From: an uncultured Paraglaciecola sp.
GTDB lineage: Bacteria > Pseudomonadota > Gammaproteobacteria > Enterobacterales > Alteromonadaceae
Assembly (NCBI RefSeq): GCF_913058035.1
Contig: NZ_CAJXPA010000001.1
Location: 17,120-81,119 of the forward strand
Direction of reading: 5' to 3'
DNA: 64,000 nucleotides
A model generated the notes under the pieces. That model saw only the letters and a list, made by a program, of their open reading frames with translations. It had not been told where the DNA came from and made no database searches. Below, in pieces: positions 41,200 to 52,445 of the stretch (the stretch's first letter is position 1; each line of letters opens with the position of its first letter). The position numbers were made by a program, and so were the translations under genes.

Positions 41200-41364
41200 T
41201 ATAGACATTGATTTTTTCAGCAAGGCCTCCATATTGGCAGCTAATGAATCGTTTTCACTGTAACGGAAGATGTTAAGAGCAAGCGATTGCCTGTGATACG
41301 AGTTTTTGATATACATAACCTCATACACAAAACAGCTCTTGCCGTAGTTTAGGAGAATTGGCAT

Positions 41365-41814
41365 ATGCCAACAGCAAAAACTAACAAAACACTTGGATTA
41401 TTATCACTAGCCGGTTTGTTTCCTTACGAGGAGAAGAAAGGCGAAGAGTACATGAACGAAAAGCAAATGGAGCATTTTTGTTTATTACTTAAAGCATGGC
41501 GCGAGCAACTTCGTCAAGAAGTAGACCGTACCGTTCACCATATGCAAGATGAGGCAGCTAATTTTCCTGATCCTGTAGACAGAGCAGCGCAAGAGGAAGA
41601 GTTTAGTCTTGAGTTACGAACCCGAGACAGAGAACGTAAGTTAATTAAAAAGATTGAAAAAACACTCAAGCGCATTGATGAAGACGATTTTGGCTTTTGT
41701 GATGAATGTGGTATTGAAATTGGTGTGCGTCGTTTAGAGGCGAGGCCTACTGCAGACATGTGTATCGATTGCAAAACTATGGCTGAAATTAAAGAAAAAC
41801 AACTTCAGGGCTAA
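41365..41814 (+). CDS. dksA: RNA polymerase-binding protein DksA
   Basis: [15 protein letters not shown]4 zinc finger CDEC...CIDC. Confidence 0.97.
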   Translation: MPTAKTNKTLGLLSLAGLFPYEEKKGEEYMNEKQMEHFCLLLKAWREQLRQEVDRTVHHMQDEAANFPDPVDRAAQEEEFSLELRTRDRERKLIKKIEKTLKRIDEDDFGFCDECGIEIGVRRLEARPTADMCIDCKTMAEIKEKQLQG

Positions 41815-41863
41815 CATTGCCTTTTATCCCAAGTGGCGATTTATTCATCACTGGCTGCTTGGG

Positions 41864-42805
41864 GTGATAAACTTTTTTATGATCACTGCACTCAAACATC
41901 CCCGTACAAAAATTGCTTCACGCAGCCATGGTTATATTGGCCGCTTTGCACCATCCCCATCTGGTGACCTGCATTTTGGTTCTTTAGTCACTGCGTTAGG
42001 CAGTTTTTTACAGGCGAAAAGTCAAGGCGGACAATGGTTACTCAGAATAGAAGACATTGACCCGCCTAGGGAAGTCGCCGGCTCTAGTGAGTCAATCAAG
42101 CGTTGCCTTGAAGCGCACCATTTACTATGGGACGGTAATATTGTTTATCAAAGTAGTAGAGGCGACTTATATAATGAAAAAATTCAATATTTGACTGAGC
42201 AGGGGTTAACCTATCAATGTCAGTGTTCTCGTGCCCAGTTAGCAAACCCCGATTTTGGCCGGTTATGTGTTTGTGCTGATCAAAATATGAGCTTTGAAAA
42301 TAGTGCAGTTAGATTCAGATCTTATGATGACCAAAAGCCGTTTTATGATGAGTTGTTAGGGAAAGTTGATTTGCCTAGGCATGATGTGCCTATGCAATTT
42401 ACCGTTAAGCGTAAAGATAATTTGTTTGCCTATCAGTTGGCTGTGGTGGTTGACGATATAGAACAAGGCATTACCGAGGTAGTGCGAGGGGCCGACTTAT
42501 TAAATGCAACATTATTTCAGCTTGCACTGTATAAAGGGTTTGATTGTCCTGCTCCAAAGTTCTTACATTTCCCTGTAGTGGTGAGTGAATTCGGAAAAAA
42601 ACTGAGCAAGCAAAATCATGCTTGTGAAATAAACAATAATGATGCTAGTAATAACCTAATAAACGCACTTGCATTTCTTGGTTTATCACCTTCAAAAGAG
42701 CTGAAACAAGATTCTGCACAAAATATATTAGAATGGGCTATCTGTGAGTGGGACTTGAGTAACATACCCGCTAAAACAGAATGCATTGATAATAGAATTG
42801 GGTAA
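41864..42805 (+). CDS. gluQ: Glutamyl-Q tRNA(Asp) synthetase
   Basis: GRFAPSPSGDLHFGS, CQCSR, AYQLAVVVDD, KLSKQN; directly after dksA; exact start uncertain. Confidence 0.92.
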   Translation: MINFFMITALKHPRTKIASRSHGYIGRFAPSPSGDLHFGSLVTALGSFLQAKSQGGQWLLRIEDIDPPREVAGSSESIKRCLEAHHLLWDGNIVYQSSRGDLYNEKIQYLTEQGLTYQCQCSRAQLANPDFGRLCVCADQNMSFENSAVRFRSYDDQKPFYDELLGKVDLPRHDVPMQFTVKRKDNLFAYQLAVVVDDIEQGITEVVRGADLLNATLFQLALYKGFDCPAPKFLHFPVVVSEFGKKLSKQNHACEINNNDASNNLINALAFLGLSPSKELKQDSAQNILEWAICEWDLSNIPAKTECIDNRIG

Positions 42806-42892
42806 GCAGACAGTATATGATTAGCGCCGAATTTTTCCGCTCAAACCGGCGGTGTATAATAGAGCAACTAGAATAAATAAGGAGCACAGCAT

Positions 42893-44275
42893 ATTATTTC
42901 TCGCGTAATTGACAAAGTCAGGAGTGCTCTTCGCACTAAAACCATAAACAAACCCGCTACACTTGTTGCGACTGTCATTCCTCGTGCAGAACATTCCGTT
43001 TCCCGTGATTCAATGAGTGAAAATGCGCTCAAAGTACTTTATCGCCTGCATAACAGTGGTTATAAAGCGTATTTAGTTGGTGGCTGTGTTCGTGATGTGT
43101 TGCTAGGTAAAGAGCCAAAAGATTTTGACGTCACCACTGATGCCACACCTGAGCAGATTAAAGGGTTGTTTCGTAATTGCCGATTGATTGGACGAAGATT
43201 TAGATTAGCGCATATTGTGTTTGGTCGTGAAATTATCGAAGTCGCTACTTTTCGTGGCCATCATGAAAACAATGATGAAGGCGAGTCAAAAGTCAGTAAG
43301 CAGAGCGACCACGGCCAGTTACTGCGTGACAACGTATTCGGTAGCATTGGAGAAGACGCGCAACGCAGAGACTTCACTATTAATGCCATGTATTACAATA
43401 TCGCTGATTATTCAATCAGTGACTTTGCTGGCGGTATGCAAGCGATTAAAGATAAACAAATTAAACTCATAGGTGATCCTGAAACCCGCTATCGTGAAGA
43501 TCCCGTTAGAATGCTCAGAGCTGTAAGATTTGCTGCCAAGCTTGATATGAATATAAGTGAAGAAAGTGCTGAGCCTATTAAACGTCTGGCACCTTTAATG
43601 GCAAATATTCCAGCGGCCAGATTATTCGAAGAGATCCTTAAATTATTGCTAGCGGGGCAAGGTTTAGCGACCTATAAACTATTAACAGAGTTTCATTTGT
43701 TTGAACCTTTGTTTCCACAATTAGCGCCTTTATTACTTCAGGCCGACAGTCGCGAAAATCGATTTGTAGAGCAAGTGCTTACTAACACTGATAATAGGAT
43801 TAATACTGGACAAAGAGTCACTCCTGCATTTATTTTTGCTGCCTTAATGTGGTATCCATTAGAAGAACGATGTCAGGAATTAATGGTTGAAGGTGGCTTA
43901 AATCACTTTGATGCTTTTAACCTTGCATTAAATGACGTCATGCATCGCCAAATTCAACGCATTATGATCCCTAAGCGCTTTAGTTCAGCCATTCGGGAAA
44001 TTTGGCAGCTTCAAAATCGTTTACCTAAGCGTTATGGCCGTAGAGCTTATCAATTACTTGAGCACCCAAAATTTAGAGCCGCATATGACTTTTTATTGTT
44101 ACGTGGTCAGATAGAAGGAGGCGACTTATTTGAACTGGCTCAATGGTGGACTGATTTTCAAGATGCAGATGAAGAGCAGCGTAAAACTATGCTAGAAGCC
44201 CTGCGTGTTCAAGAAGGTGCTCTTGCCAGACGCCCAAGACGTAATCGTAAAAAACCTAAACCTAAGTATGATTGA
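42893..44275 (+). CDS. pcnB: Poly(A) polymerase I, probable AUU start
   Basis: [44 protein letters not shown]; in-frame extension from ATT 42893 with AAGGAG SD. Confidence 0.93.
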   Translation: MISRVIDKVRSALRTKTINKPATLVATVIPRAEHSVSRDSMSENALKVLYRLHNSGYKAYLVGGCVRDVLLGKEPKDFDVTTDATPEQIKGLFRNCRLIGRRFRLAHIVFGREIIEVATFRGHHENNDEGESKVSKQSDHGQLLRDNVFGSIGEDAQRRDFTINAMYYNIADYSISDFAGGMQAIKDKQIKLIGDPETRYREDPVRMLRAVRFAAKLDMNISEESAEPIKRLAPLMANIPAARLFEEILKLLLAGQGLATYKLLTEFHLFEPLFPQLAPLLLQADSRENRFVEQVLTNTDNRINTGQRVTPAFIFAALMWYPLEERCQELMVEGGLNHFDAFNLALNDVMHRQIQRIMIPKRFSSAIREIWQLQNRLPKRYGRRAYQLLEHPKFRAAYDFLLLRGQIEGGDLFELAQWWTDFQDADEEQRKTMLEALRVQEGALARRPRRNRKKPKPKYD

Positions 44276-44765
44276 AGTTTATATTGGTTTGGGCAGTAAT
44301 TTAGCGCTTCCTGAAGAGCAATTACAGGCAGCATGTGTGAGCTTGGCTGCGTTACCTGGTTCTGAATTGATTAGGTGTTCAAGTTTGTATCGAAGTCAAC
44401 CCATGGGTCCGCAAGATCAACCAGATTATGTGAATGCGGTTGCACTTATCACAACGATGCTTTCGCCAGACACCTTGTTGCAACAAACTCAATTAATAGA
44501 AAATCAGCAAGGTCGAATACGCAAGGCTGATAGATGGGGGCCTAGAACCTTGGACTTGGATATGCTGTTGTTCGGTAGACAACAGATTGATAACGATTAT
44601 TTAACGGTTCCTCATTGTGGTATGAAACAAAGAGAATTTGTTCTTTATCCGCTTTTTGAAATAGCTCCCGATTTGATTCTGCCTTGCGGTGATAAACTAT
44701 CAGAGCTCGTCAAAAAGTGTCCGAAAAATGGTTTACATAAAATGGCCCGTTTAGTGGTGATTTAG
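44268..44765 (+). CDS. folK: 2-amino-4-hydroxy-6-hydroxymethyldihydropteridine diphosphokinase
   Basis: [27 protein letters not shown]...REFVLYPL. Confidence 0.95.
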   Translation: MIEVYIGLGSNLALPEEQLQAACVSLAALPGSELIRCSSLYRSQPMGPQDQPDYVNAVALITTMLSPDTLLQQTQLIENQQGRIRKADRWGPRTLDLDMLLFGRQQIDNDYLTVPHCGMKQREFVLYPLFEIAPDLILPCGDKLSELVKKCPKNGLHKMARLVVI

Positions 44766-44859
44766 AAGTTCAGAAATTAATCGTATAGTGCGTTACCATT
44801 CGTAACTTACCAGGCAGTAGAAAGTATTTTTTGATGACATCAAAATTGGAGTATATCTA

Positions 44860-45654
44860 ATGAAAAAAGTAACGACTTCAACCTTGCTTAAAATGAAGCA
44901 AGAGCATACGAAAATCACTGCTTTAACGGCTTACGATGCGAGTTTTGCTAAATTGTTTGATGAGCAAGGCATCGATGTTTTATTGATTGGTGACTCACTT
45001 GGGATGGTACTAAAAGGTGATGACGATACATTAAGTGTTACCCTTGAAGATATTGCTTATCATACTCGCTCTGTAAAAAAGGGCGTTGAGAGAGCATTTG
45101 TCGTGGCGGATATGCCTTTTATGTCTTATTCGACACCCGAACAAACTTATTTGAGTGCTGCCGAATTGATGCGTGCAGGAGCAAGCATGGTTAAATTAGA
45201 AGGAGGTAGTTGGTTACTTCACACAATTAGGGGGTTGAATGAACGTAGTGTACCCGTTTGTGGGCATTTAGGTCTAACACCTCAATCGGTGCATGTATTT
45301 GGTGGATTTAAAGTGCAGGGCCGCAACGACTTACAAGCCGAAAACATTCTCGAACAAGCCATAGAATTAGAACAAGCAGGTATCCAGTTATTAGTACTGG
45401 AGTGTATCCCAACAGACTTAGCGGCCAAAATATCTCAACGCCTTAGTATCCCAGTTATAGGAATTGGTGCTGGAGCGAAAACAGATGGCCAGATTCTTGT
45501 GATGCACGATATGTTCGGTATTAGCGCAAACTATATGCCTAAATTCTCAAAGAACTATTTGCAGCAAACTAACAATATGCGTGAAGCGGTCAGCCAGTAT
45601 ATCAAAGAAGTTCAAAATCAGAGTTTCCCATCAGATGAACACAGTTTCAACTAA
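44860..45654 (+). CDS. panB: 3-methyl-2-oxobutanoate hydroxymethyltransferase
   Basis: [38 protein letters not shown]. Confidence 0.97.
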   Translation: MKKVTTSTLLKMKQEHTKITALTAYDASFAKLFDEQGIDVLLIGDSLGMVLKGDDDTLSVTLEDIAYHTRSVKKGVERAFVVADMPFMSYSTPEQTYLSAAELMRAGASMVKLEGGSWLLHTIRGLNERSVPVCGHLGLTPQSVHVFGGFKVQGRNDLQAENILEQAIELEQAGIQLLVLECIPTDLAAKISQRLSIPVIGIGAGAKTDGQILVMHDMFGISANYMPKFSKNYLQQTNNMREAVSQYIKEVQNQSFPSDEHSFN

Positions 45655-45713
45655 TGCTCGTTTGTATCTTTACAGTATGCAATAGCAACTCATTATTAAA
45701 GTAATTTATCACT

Positions 45714-46574
45714 ATGCAACTTATCACTAAAATTTTAGACCTAAGGGAAACAAGACGGACTTGGCAAAACAGTGCCAAGGTGATTGCTTTTGTTCCTACT
45801 ATGGGGAATCTACATCAAGGTCACCTTAACCTTGTTCGTGAAGCCAAAAAACAAGCAGACATAGTCGTGGTGTCAATATTTGTTAATCCTATGCAATTTG
45901 GTCCTGATGAGGATTTAGAGGCTTACCCTAGAACATTGCAAAGCGATAGCCGTCTACTGGAAAGTTTAGGAGTCGATGTGCTATTTATGCCTGACGCCAG
46001 TGACATCTATGCTAGAGGGTTAGAGCAACAAACATTTGTGGAAGTACCAGGTTTATCTTATATGATTTGTGGGGCCAGTCGACCAGGACATTTCCGTGGA
46101 GTGGCGACAATAGTGTGTAAACTATTCAATATGGTACAGCCTAACTTAGCCTTCTTTGGTGAAAAAGATTTTCAGCAATTGCAGGTTATTAAAGCTATGG
46201 TGACCGACTTATCAATGAATCTAAAAGTATTTGGCGTGGCAACTACCAGAGAAGATGATGGTTTAGCTATGAGCTCGAGAAATCAATATTTAAGGGGCGC
46301 ACACCGTAAGTTAGCGCCTACTCTTTACGAAAAAATGCAACAATTGGTAGGAGAAATCCAAACCGGTCGCAGAGATTTTATTAAGCTAACACAAGAATAT
46401 AAATTAGAATTATCCAAACTAGGGTTTAATCCTGACCACCTTGAAATTCGAAATATAGAAAATTTGTTACAGCCAGGCCATGAAGATCAGGACTTGGTTT
46501 TGTTGGCAGCAGCGTTTTTAGGAAAAACCCGTTTGATTGATAATCTACAATTTCGGTTAAAAGCAAAAATTTGA
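45714..46574 (+). CDS. panC: Pantoate--beta-alanine ligase
   Basis: [49 protein letters not shown]. Confidence 0.97.
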   Translation: MQLITKILDLRETRRTWQNSAKVIAFVPTMGNLHQGHLNLVREAKKQADIVVVSIFVNPMQFGPDEDLEAYPRTLQSDSRLLESLGVDVLFMPDASDIYARGLEQQTFVEVPGLSYMICGASRPGHFRGVATIVCKLFNMVQPNLAFFGEKDFQQLQVIKAMVTDLSMNLKVFGVATTREDDGLAMSSRNQYLRGAHRKLAPTLYEKMQQLVGEIQTGRRDFIKLTQEYKLELSKLGFNPDHLEIRNIENLLQPGHEDQDLVLLAAAFLGKTRLIDNLQFRLKAKI

Positions 46575-46600
46575 AATATAGGCAAGTTAACTTTCCTTGC

Positions 46601-48211
46601 CTATTTATGTTCAATATAAAGTTTTCGCCAAGCCTTAGTATTGCTGGCAATAGTAAATTGTTCATCCAAAATATTTTGTAAGTCAGTATGTGTTGTTAAC
46701 GGATTAGCCAACACTACCCTGAAAACAGTAATCGCCTGGTCGGGGTATTTTTCAGTTGTTAATCGTGTTCGCGAGACAAATGACTTACCTGCCTCTCTTT
46801 GTTTTTTCTGCACAATTACCGTTAAATTATCCAGTTCCATATTTAAAATATGGCTAATTTCTGGTTGCATCTCCATTTTTTCTTGGACAACCTCAGGATT
46901 TGCTCTGTAGGTCAATAGAGACAACGTAGGCGCCGTGATCAGCTCAAAATCGGGGTGTGACTGTATCATTCGGGCAAATTTTTTGGCTTTTTCTATACTC
47001 TGGTTAATGAGTAACTCATAACCTTGACGACCAAATATATGTAACGACGCATACACCATCATTGCCATACCGTTTCGAGAGCCTTCTAACGTGGTAGCAC
47101 CTAAATCTTTCGATCCTGCGCGCAATATGTATTGAGCATGATGGCGAACCGCATTACTGTCATTGGGGTTTTTAAATAACACCATTCCAGCTCCCATTGG
47201 CACATACATTTGTTTGTGGGCATCAATAGTCACTGAGTCTGCTCTTTCAATACCTTTAAGCAAACCTCTGTGCTCTTGAGAAAACAATGTTGCTCCACCC
47301 CAAGCTGCGTCTACATGAAAATGACAGCCTAGTTCTTTTGCTACGTCTGCAAGTTCATCTAGTGGGTCAACATGCCCTGTTTCAGTTGTTCCTGCGATAC
47401 CTATAATAGAAAGTATTTTGTTACCATCTGCTTGATATTGTTTTCCTACAGCTAACGTTTTTTCAGCAGACAAGCGTTGAGAGGGACAGTCGATGGTAAT
47501 CATCTGTTGTTTGCCTAGGCCCAATAGATCGACTGTTTTTGATAACGAATAATGGCCACGTTTAGATGAAATGATACCCATTTTCTTATAACCATAATGC
47601 ATCATTCCTGCGGCTAGCCCTTCTTGATCCACGCCTCTAAATTGAACGGTAGAAGGAAGGGCTTTGTTTCTTGCGACCCATAATGCAGTGATATTGGCGA
47701 TAGTTCCACCGGAGCAAAATGCACCTAAAGCGTGGTTCGCACTATGTAAATAGGTATGGTAAAAATCTCCGGGTTGTTTGTACACTAACTCGTGCATCAT
47801 GCCCAGCATTTGCCGCTCAAGCGGAGTGAATGCTTTAGACGTTTCGATTTTCACTAAATTTTGGTTTAAGCCTACTAATAATTTTGCCAAAGTCAGGTGA
47901 AAATACGGTAATGCCGAGGTCATATGACCAATAAAACTAGGAGAATATGTATTAACTGAGTTAGCGACTAACTTTTCTAGAAGATCTTCAGCATGTTTTG
48001 ATACGAACTCTGGAGTTTCAGGGACTGCATACTCAGCAAAATTTTTCTCAATTTGTGCAAGAGAATTAACCTTGGTTACAACATGTTGTGACAAGAAATC
48101 TGACAAATTATCAGATAGGTGTTGTTCAATTTGTGCCAGCTTAGAGTCCTTGCCTTCAGGCATGGTGAATACTTTATACAGATGCTCTAAACTAACCTTG
48201 GCTCCGCCCAC
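46601..48211 (-). CDS. panP: PLP-dependent aspartate 1-decarboxylase PanP (group II decarboxylase)
   Basis: FIGHMTSALP, LNQNLVKIETSKAFTPLERQ, HVDAAWGG, DAHKQ PLP lysine; adjacent to panBC; likely GTG start at 48211. Confidence 0.85.
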   Translation of the reverse strand: MGGAKVSLEHLYKVFTMPEGKDSKLAQIEQHLSDNLSDFLSQHVVTKVNSLAQIEKNFAEYAVPETPEFVSKHAEDLLEKLVANSVNTYSPSFIGHMTSALPYFHLTLAKLLVGLNQNLVKIETSKAFTPLERQMLGMMHELVYKQPGDFYHTYLHSANHALGAFCSGGTIANITALWVARNKALPSTVQFRGVDQEGLAAGMMHYGYKKMGIISSKRGHYSLSKTVDLLGLGKQQMITIDCPSQRLSAEKTLAVGKQYQADGNKILSIIGIAGTTETGHVDPLDELADVAKELGCHFHVDAAWGGATLFSQEHRGLLKGIERADSVTIDAHKQMYVPMGAGMVLFKNPNDSNAVRHHAQYILRAGSKDLGATTLEGSRNGMAMMVYASLHIFGRQGYELLINQSIEKAKKFARMIQSHPDFELITAPTLSLLTYRANPEVVQEKMEMQPEISHILNMELDNLTVIVQKKQREAGKSFVSRTRLTTEKYPDQAITVFRVVLANPLTTHTDLQNILDEQFTIASNTKAWRKLYIEHK

Positions 48212-48685
48212 TATTTCCAACCTGTCTACAAGAAACCAAGTCAAATATTTTACCTTAATTGTTGCAATAGACCAATAGGTGTCTACACCACAAATTAAAC
48301 AGTCAAAGGTATTATCCGAGAATGTTAAACGGGTTATATTATGATCTAAATAACTGAGGTATGAGTCGATTTTTGTATGCAACTTACTTAAATTAATAAG
48401 TGATCGATAGTTTCACTCGTTATGACGTAGTGCCTTCTTTTCATCTAATTTTCATCTAATCATGAATTAAAAATAACGTGTTCTGAAGCTATGCATATCA
48501 GGCTGGATTTTTACCACCTGATGAACATTGTTACTCACTGGTATAATTTTTATTTTTGGTTGAAAGACAACAATCAACGAGCAAGTAACTCAAACTGTAC
48601 TAAGTCGCAGTATCGATTATTTTTAGAGACATCCAGATGACTTGGAACTCTAATCTAAGTTGTCGAAAATAACTGACTCAATCAC

Positions 48686-48725
48686 TCTCAACTTCTTTAA
48701 TCTCAACTCTCCTTAATCTCAACTT
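48686..48725. repeat. Degenerate 15-16 bp tandem repeat (TCTCAACT core, 3 copies)
   Basis: TCTCAACTTCTTTAA TCTCAACTCTCCTTAA TCTCAACTT. Confidence 0.7.
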
Positions 48726-49014
48726 GTGCATTACCCAAACCATTATCGGATTTTTATTGAAGTTACCGCGCAAAATACATTAATGAATAATACTAAACTC
48801 AGTCTGTTTTCTGAATTTTGTGATGCTCTGGGTATTATTTGATCAGGCAGCAAGTGATGTAAAAACAAAAGGTTTTGTCAAAGGACTCATTTGTTCTTTC
48901 ACTAGTAACAATATCGTGGTGGTAGCTGAACAGATTGAGGATCAAAAAAGATGCGCAACAACAGGTATTTGATGCGCTCAAAGATTTTATTTTTGCCAAC
49001 CTAGGGTAAAAATG
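48726..49014 (+). pseudogene. Degraded EAL (c-di-GMP phosphodiesterase) domain relic
   Basis: RIFIEVT...FCDALGII* followed in another frame by FVKGLI...IVVVAEQIED...GI*CAQRFYFCQP, matching the order of EAL motifs lEiTE, vvAEGvE, QGfyfskP. Confidence 0.55.
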
Positions 49015-49069
49015 AATTATCACCTTGCATCAGTTCACATTAAATGTAGCCATTGGCATTACTTTATTA

Positions 49070-49726
49070 TTATAAATGAGCCGTTAGCTGCCAACTACTT
49101 TGACCACTTTGCCAGTACTTTCGTTCGAAGGGTGTCATGGCTTTATCACTCTCAAATAGTGCAATTTGATTCTTAACATGTGCAATATCTAAAGCGGCAG
49201 AAAACTCTTGAATATACAACTGCCAATTACTTCTGACCTCAAGTATACCGCCCAGTTCTAGTATATCTTTTAATGCAGATGTGGCATACCAACGACGTTG
49301 AAGATGTGCCGATTTGGGGTATGGATTAGGATACAATAAATAGTGTTTAGTTAGTTTCTTATCATTCGCAACCAGTAATCTTAAAAAATCATTGAGATCT
49401 GCACGCAGCACCAGATAGTTTTGTAACGCACTGGCATATGAAGTGTGTTTGTCTGTGCGCAGTGCCGATTTATCAATACCTATAACCCGAGCATTTGGAT
49501 GAGCTTGCGCTATATTAACTGTACTTTCACCCACACCACAACAAGAGTCCAATATCAGCTCACCCTGCCATTTCCCGAGCCAATTAATGGCTTCTTCAAA
49601 TGCTTGTTGGGTATGCGAAGACAGTGGCCTTTGACTTACACTTAAAAGTTGACGAGTAACAACTTTTTGTAAATTCTGATGAATACCTGTTTGGTTGGTA
49701 CTGATTGAGCGCGCTGGTTGTTGCAT
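49070..49726 (-). CDS. TrmB-like SAM-dependent methyltransferase
   Basis: LDSCCGVGES, IGIDKS, YPNPYPK..HLQRRW, LEVRSNW, TPFERKY. Confidence 0.8.
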   Translation of the reverse strand: MQQPARSISTNQTGIHQNLQKVVTRQLLSVSQRPLSSHTQQAFEEAINWLGKWQGELILDSCCGVGESTVNIAQAHPNARVIGIDKSALRTDKHTSYASALQNYLVLRADLNDFLRLLVANDKKLTKHYLLYPNPYPKSAHLQRRWYATSALKDILELGGILEVRSNWQLYIQEFSAALDIAHVKNQIALFESDKAMTPFERKYWQSGQSSWQLTAHL

Positions 49727-50532
49727 TAACTTCGAATGCCTACACCACGGCTGATAAGGGAATAAGCCCAACAAAGTAACACTACATTGAAGCCTATCAA
49801 TATGCCTAACGACATATAGAAACTAATATCTGAAACACCAAGAAAACCGTATCTAAAACCACTTACCATATAAATAACAGGATTAATTTTACTGACCCAC
49901 TGCCAAAATTCAGGCAATAAACTTAATGAATAAAAAACACCCCCTAAGTAAGTCAATGGAGTTAAGATAAAGGTTGGTACAATACTTACATCATCAAATG
50001 AGTTGGCAAAAATGCCGTTAATTAGACCTGCTGTAGAAAACAGAACTGTGGTTAACAGTAGTGTTATAATAATAATAAGAAAATTATGAATATGTATATC
50101 TACAAAAAACAGCGATACAATTGTGACTATTACACCTACTATCATTCCTCGAACTACACCACCACCAACAAAACCTGCAATAATGATCCAATTAGAAACA
50201 GGTGCAACCAATAACTCTTCTATGTTGCGTTGATATTTAGCACTATAAAAAGAAGAAGATACATTGGAATATGCATTGGTGATAACTGCCATCATTATTA
50301 AGCCGGGAACAATAAACTCCATATAACTAAAGCCCCCCATTTTGCCTATTCTGCTACCAATTAAATTACCAAATATCACAAAATACAGTGACATAGTAAT
50401 CGCAGGTGGCAGCAGAGTTTGGATCCAAATCCTTAAAAAACGTAAACATTCCTTGCGCCACATTGTTCTGAGGGCCACCATATTAAGACTGTTCATAGGC
50501 TTAAAGCCCTGTATACGCTCAAGGCTACTCAT
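49726..50532 (-). CDS. yadH: ABC-2 transporter permease YadH
   Basis: RIWIQTLLPPAITMSLYFVIFG, PGLIMMAVITNAYSNVSSSF, LTPLTYLGGVFYS. Confidence 0.9.
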   Translation of the reverse strand: MSSLERIQGFKPMNSLNMVALRTMWRKECLRFLRIWIQTLLPPAITMSLYFVIFGNLIGSRIGKMGGFSYMEFIVPGLIMMAVITNAYSNVSSSFYSAKYQRNIEELLVAPVSNWIIIAGFVGGGVVRGMIVGVIVTIVSLFFVDIHIHNFLIIIITLLLTTVLFSTAGLINGIFANSFDDVSIVPTFILTPLTYLGGVFYSLSLLPEFWQWVSKINPVIYMVSGFRYGFLGVSDISFYMSLGILIGFNVVLLCWAYSLISRGVGIRS

Positions 50533-51502
50533 GTGTGTCTCCTGTAAGGTGTTTTGTAGTCATGTTATCATCTACAGAGGCTCTTCCAGATTCGACCATT
50601 CTAACAAATAGTTCTTCTAGTCGATTTGATTTGTTACGCATACTTAATACTTGTATCTCTTTTTGAGTTAATTGTTCAAAAACTGAGTTAAGACCGGCCT
50701 TCTTGGGCACCTCTACTTCTAAAGTATGTTCGTCAACTAAACGGCTTTCAAAACCATCTAAGGTTAGGGAACTCATGTCCTTAGACAAATCCAGCACAAA
50801 AGTTTCAATATTTAAGGTGGCAAGCAAGGCTTTCATACTGGTATTTTTAACAATAATACCTTTATCAATAATTGCGATATTACGACATAACATTTCAGCT
50901 TCTTCAAGATAATGAGTCGTTAAAATAATGGTCACACCCTGTTGATTAATTTCTTGTAAAAAAGACCACATTGAGCGGCGTATTTCAATATCTACGCCTG
51001 CGGTGGGCTCATCAAGAATAAGCATTCTAGGTTCATGCATCAAGGCTCTAGCGATCATTAACCGTCTTTTCATACCACCAGAAAGTTGTCTAGCCGGTGA
51101 GTTGCGTTTGTCCCAAAGATCGAGTTGTTTAAGATATTTTTCGGCTCTAGGTTTAGCTATATTTTTTGGAACACCGTAATACCCTGCTTGATTCAGCATG
51201 ATTTGTATTAATGGTTCGAATTGATTGAAGTTAAATTCTTGTGGTACTAACCCAATGCAAGATTTTGCCTCAATAGGCTGAGTCGCTAAAGAATACTCAA
51301 ATATATCAATATCGCCTTGTGTTTTGTTCACTAGGGAGCTGATGATCCCTATCGCAGTCGACTTACCTGCGCCATTAGGTCCAAGTAAGGCAAAAAAATC
51401 TCCTTGTTTTACTATTAAATCAATCCCTTTTAAGGCTTCTGTACCACCCTTATAAGTTTTGGTTAATCCTTTGATACTTAATGCGTTCATATTGACTGCC
51501 AT
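50525..51502 (-). CDS. yadG: ABC transporter ATP-binding protein YadG
   Basis: GPNGAGKST, VPQEFNFN.FE, LSGGMKRRLMIARAL, SMRNKSNRLEELF. Confidence 0.9.
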   Translation of the reverse strand: MAVNMNALSIKGLTKTYKGGTEALKGIDLIVKQGDFFALLGPNGAGKSTAIGIISSLVNKTQGDIDIFEYSLATQPIEAKSCIGLVPQEFNFNQFEPLIQIMLNQAGYYGVPKNIAKPRAEKYLKQLDLWDKRNSPARQLSGGMKRRLMIARALMHEPRMLILDEPTAGVDIEIRRSMWSFLQEINQQGVTIILTTHYLEEAEMLCRNIAIIDKGIIVKNTSMKALLATLNIETFVLDLSKDMSSLTLDGFESRLVDEHTLEVEVPKKAGLNSVFEQLTQKEIQVLSMRNKSNRLEELFVRMVESGRASVDDNMTTKHLTGDTHE

Positions 51503-51773
51503 CTAATGTGTTGAATCGAAACTGTAAAATAATTACGCATTTTGAGACCGCGTTAGTAGATGTAAACACTTACAACGACTTAAAAGGACATAAGTGGTAT
51601 TTATTTTTGAGAAGAAATAAGAAGATTTTGGGTTGTATAGTATTGTGCCTACTATCAGTAATTCAAGCTTTGTGTGAATTGTTTTAGGTTTGTTCAGCGA
51701 ATAGGTGATTGTGGCTAAGTGTTTATTTTGTGCAGACGTTTAATGTTAGTTTTTTCCAATTACTTTTAAAAGT

Positions 51774-51793
51774 AAAAGGGCAGGCGCCCTTTT
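51774..51793 (-). terminator. Intrinsic terminator after the LEA-like gene
   Basis: AAAAGGGC-AGGC-GCCCTTTT. Confidence 0.65.
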
Positions 51794-51817
51794 GTTGCGA
51801 CTTGCAATCTAACCCAA

Positions 51818-52270
51818 TTAACAGTCTATTGGGTCTTGGCCTAACTTTTCCTTTGTGGCTATGCAGGTTTCCTTTATTTTTGTAGATGCATCTGTTTTTA
51901 ACTCGCTCGCTTTTTTCTTCGTTGCATACATCACGTCAGACGCTTTTTCGGCTGTGGCATCATACTTGTCACTGGCTTTATCTTTTATATCACTTGCCAT
52001 AACAGTCGCTTTTTCGGCTGTAACATCATATGTGTTGATAGCTTTGTCTTTTAGCTCACTTGCCATAACAGTGGCTTTATTAGCTAATTCAGACGCGCCA
52101 TTCTTTGTTTTGTCATACATATTCAAAGACTTCTCTTTTGCTTGAGTAGCGATTTCTTCTGCTTCTGAACCTACTTCTTTAGCTGATTCTTTTTGGTTCT
52201 CAGTACAAGCGCTTAGTCCGATACTGAGTACGGCAAATATTATTGCAAGGATAATTTTTGAAAATGTCAT
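51818..52270 (-). CDS. Lipoprotein with LEA-like 11/22-residue helical repeats
   Basis: Lipobox LSAC; repeats YD.TAEKATVMAS..KDKA; rich in A/K/E/T/D. Confidence 0.75.
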   Translation of the reverse strand: MTFSKIILAIIFAVLSIGLSACTENQKESAKEVGSEAEEIATQAKEKSLNMYDKTKNGASELANKATVMASELKDKAINTYDVTAEKATVMASDIKDKASDKYDATAEKASDVMYATKKKASELKTDASTKIKETCIATKEKLGQDPIDC

Positions 52271-52445
52271 GTTATTCCTAATTGTATTTTTATTAATAGT
52301 ATTTCGCTTGATTTGCACTTGGTTCATACAAAGTGGCCCTCGTTCCATTTTTCCAATACATTGTTGAATAAAGGGCGGGTTAAGGTTACGTCATATTAGA
52401 GGGGAAAAGTTTTTATTTATGTCTTTAATTCACAACCAGTGATTT

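Noticed and set aside
48212-48382. N-terminal extension of the PanP ORF
   Set aside because: Not protein-like; recognisable PanP sequence begins at GTG 48211
48835-49023. 62-aa minus-strand ORF
   Set aside because: Antisense shadow of the EAL relic on the plus strand
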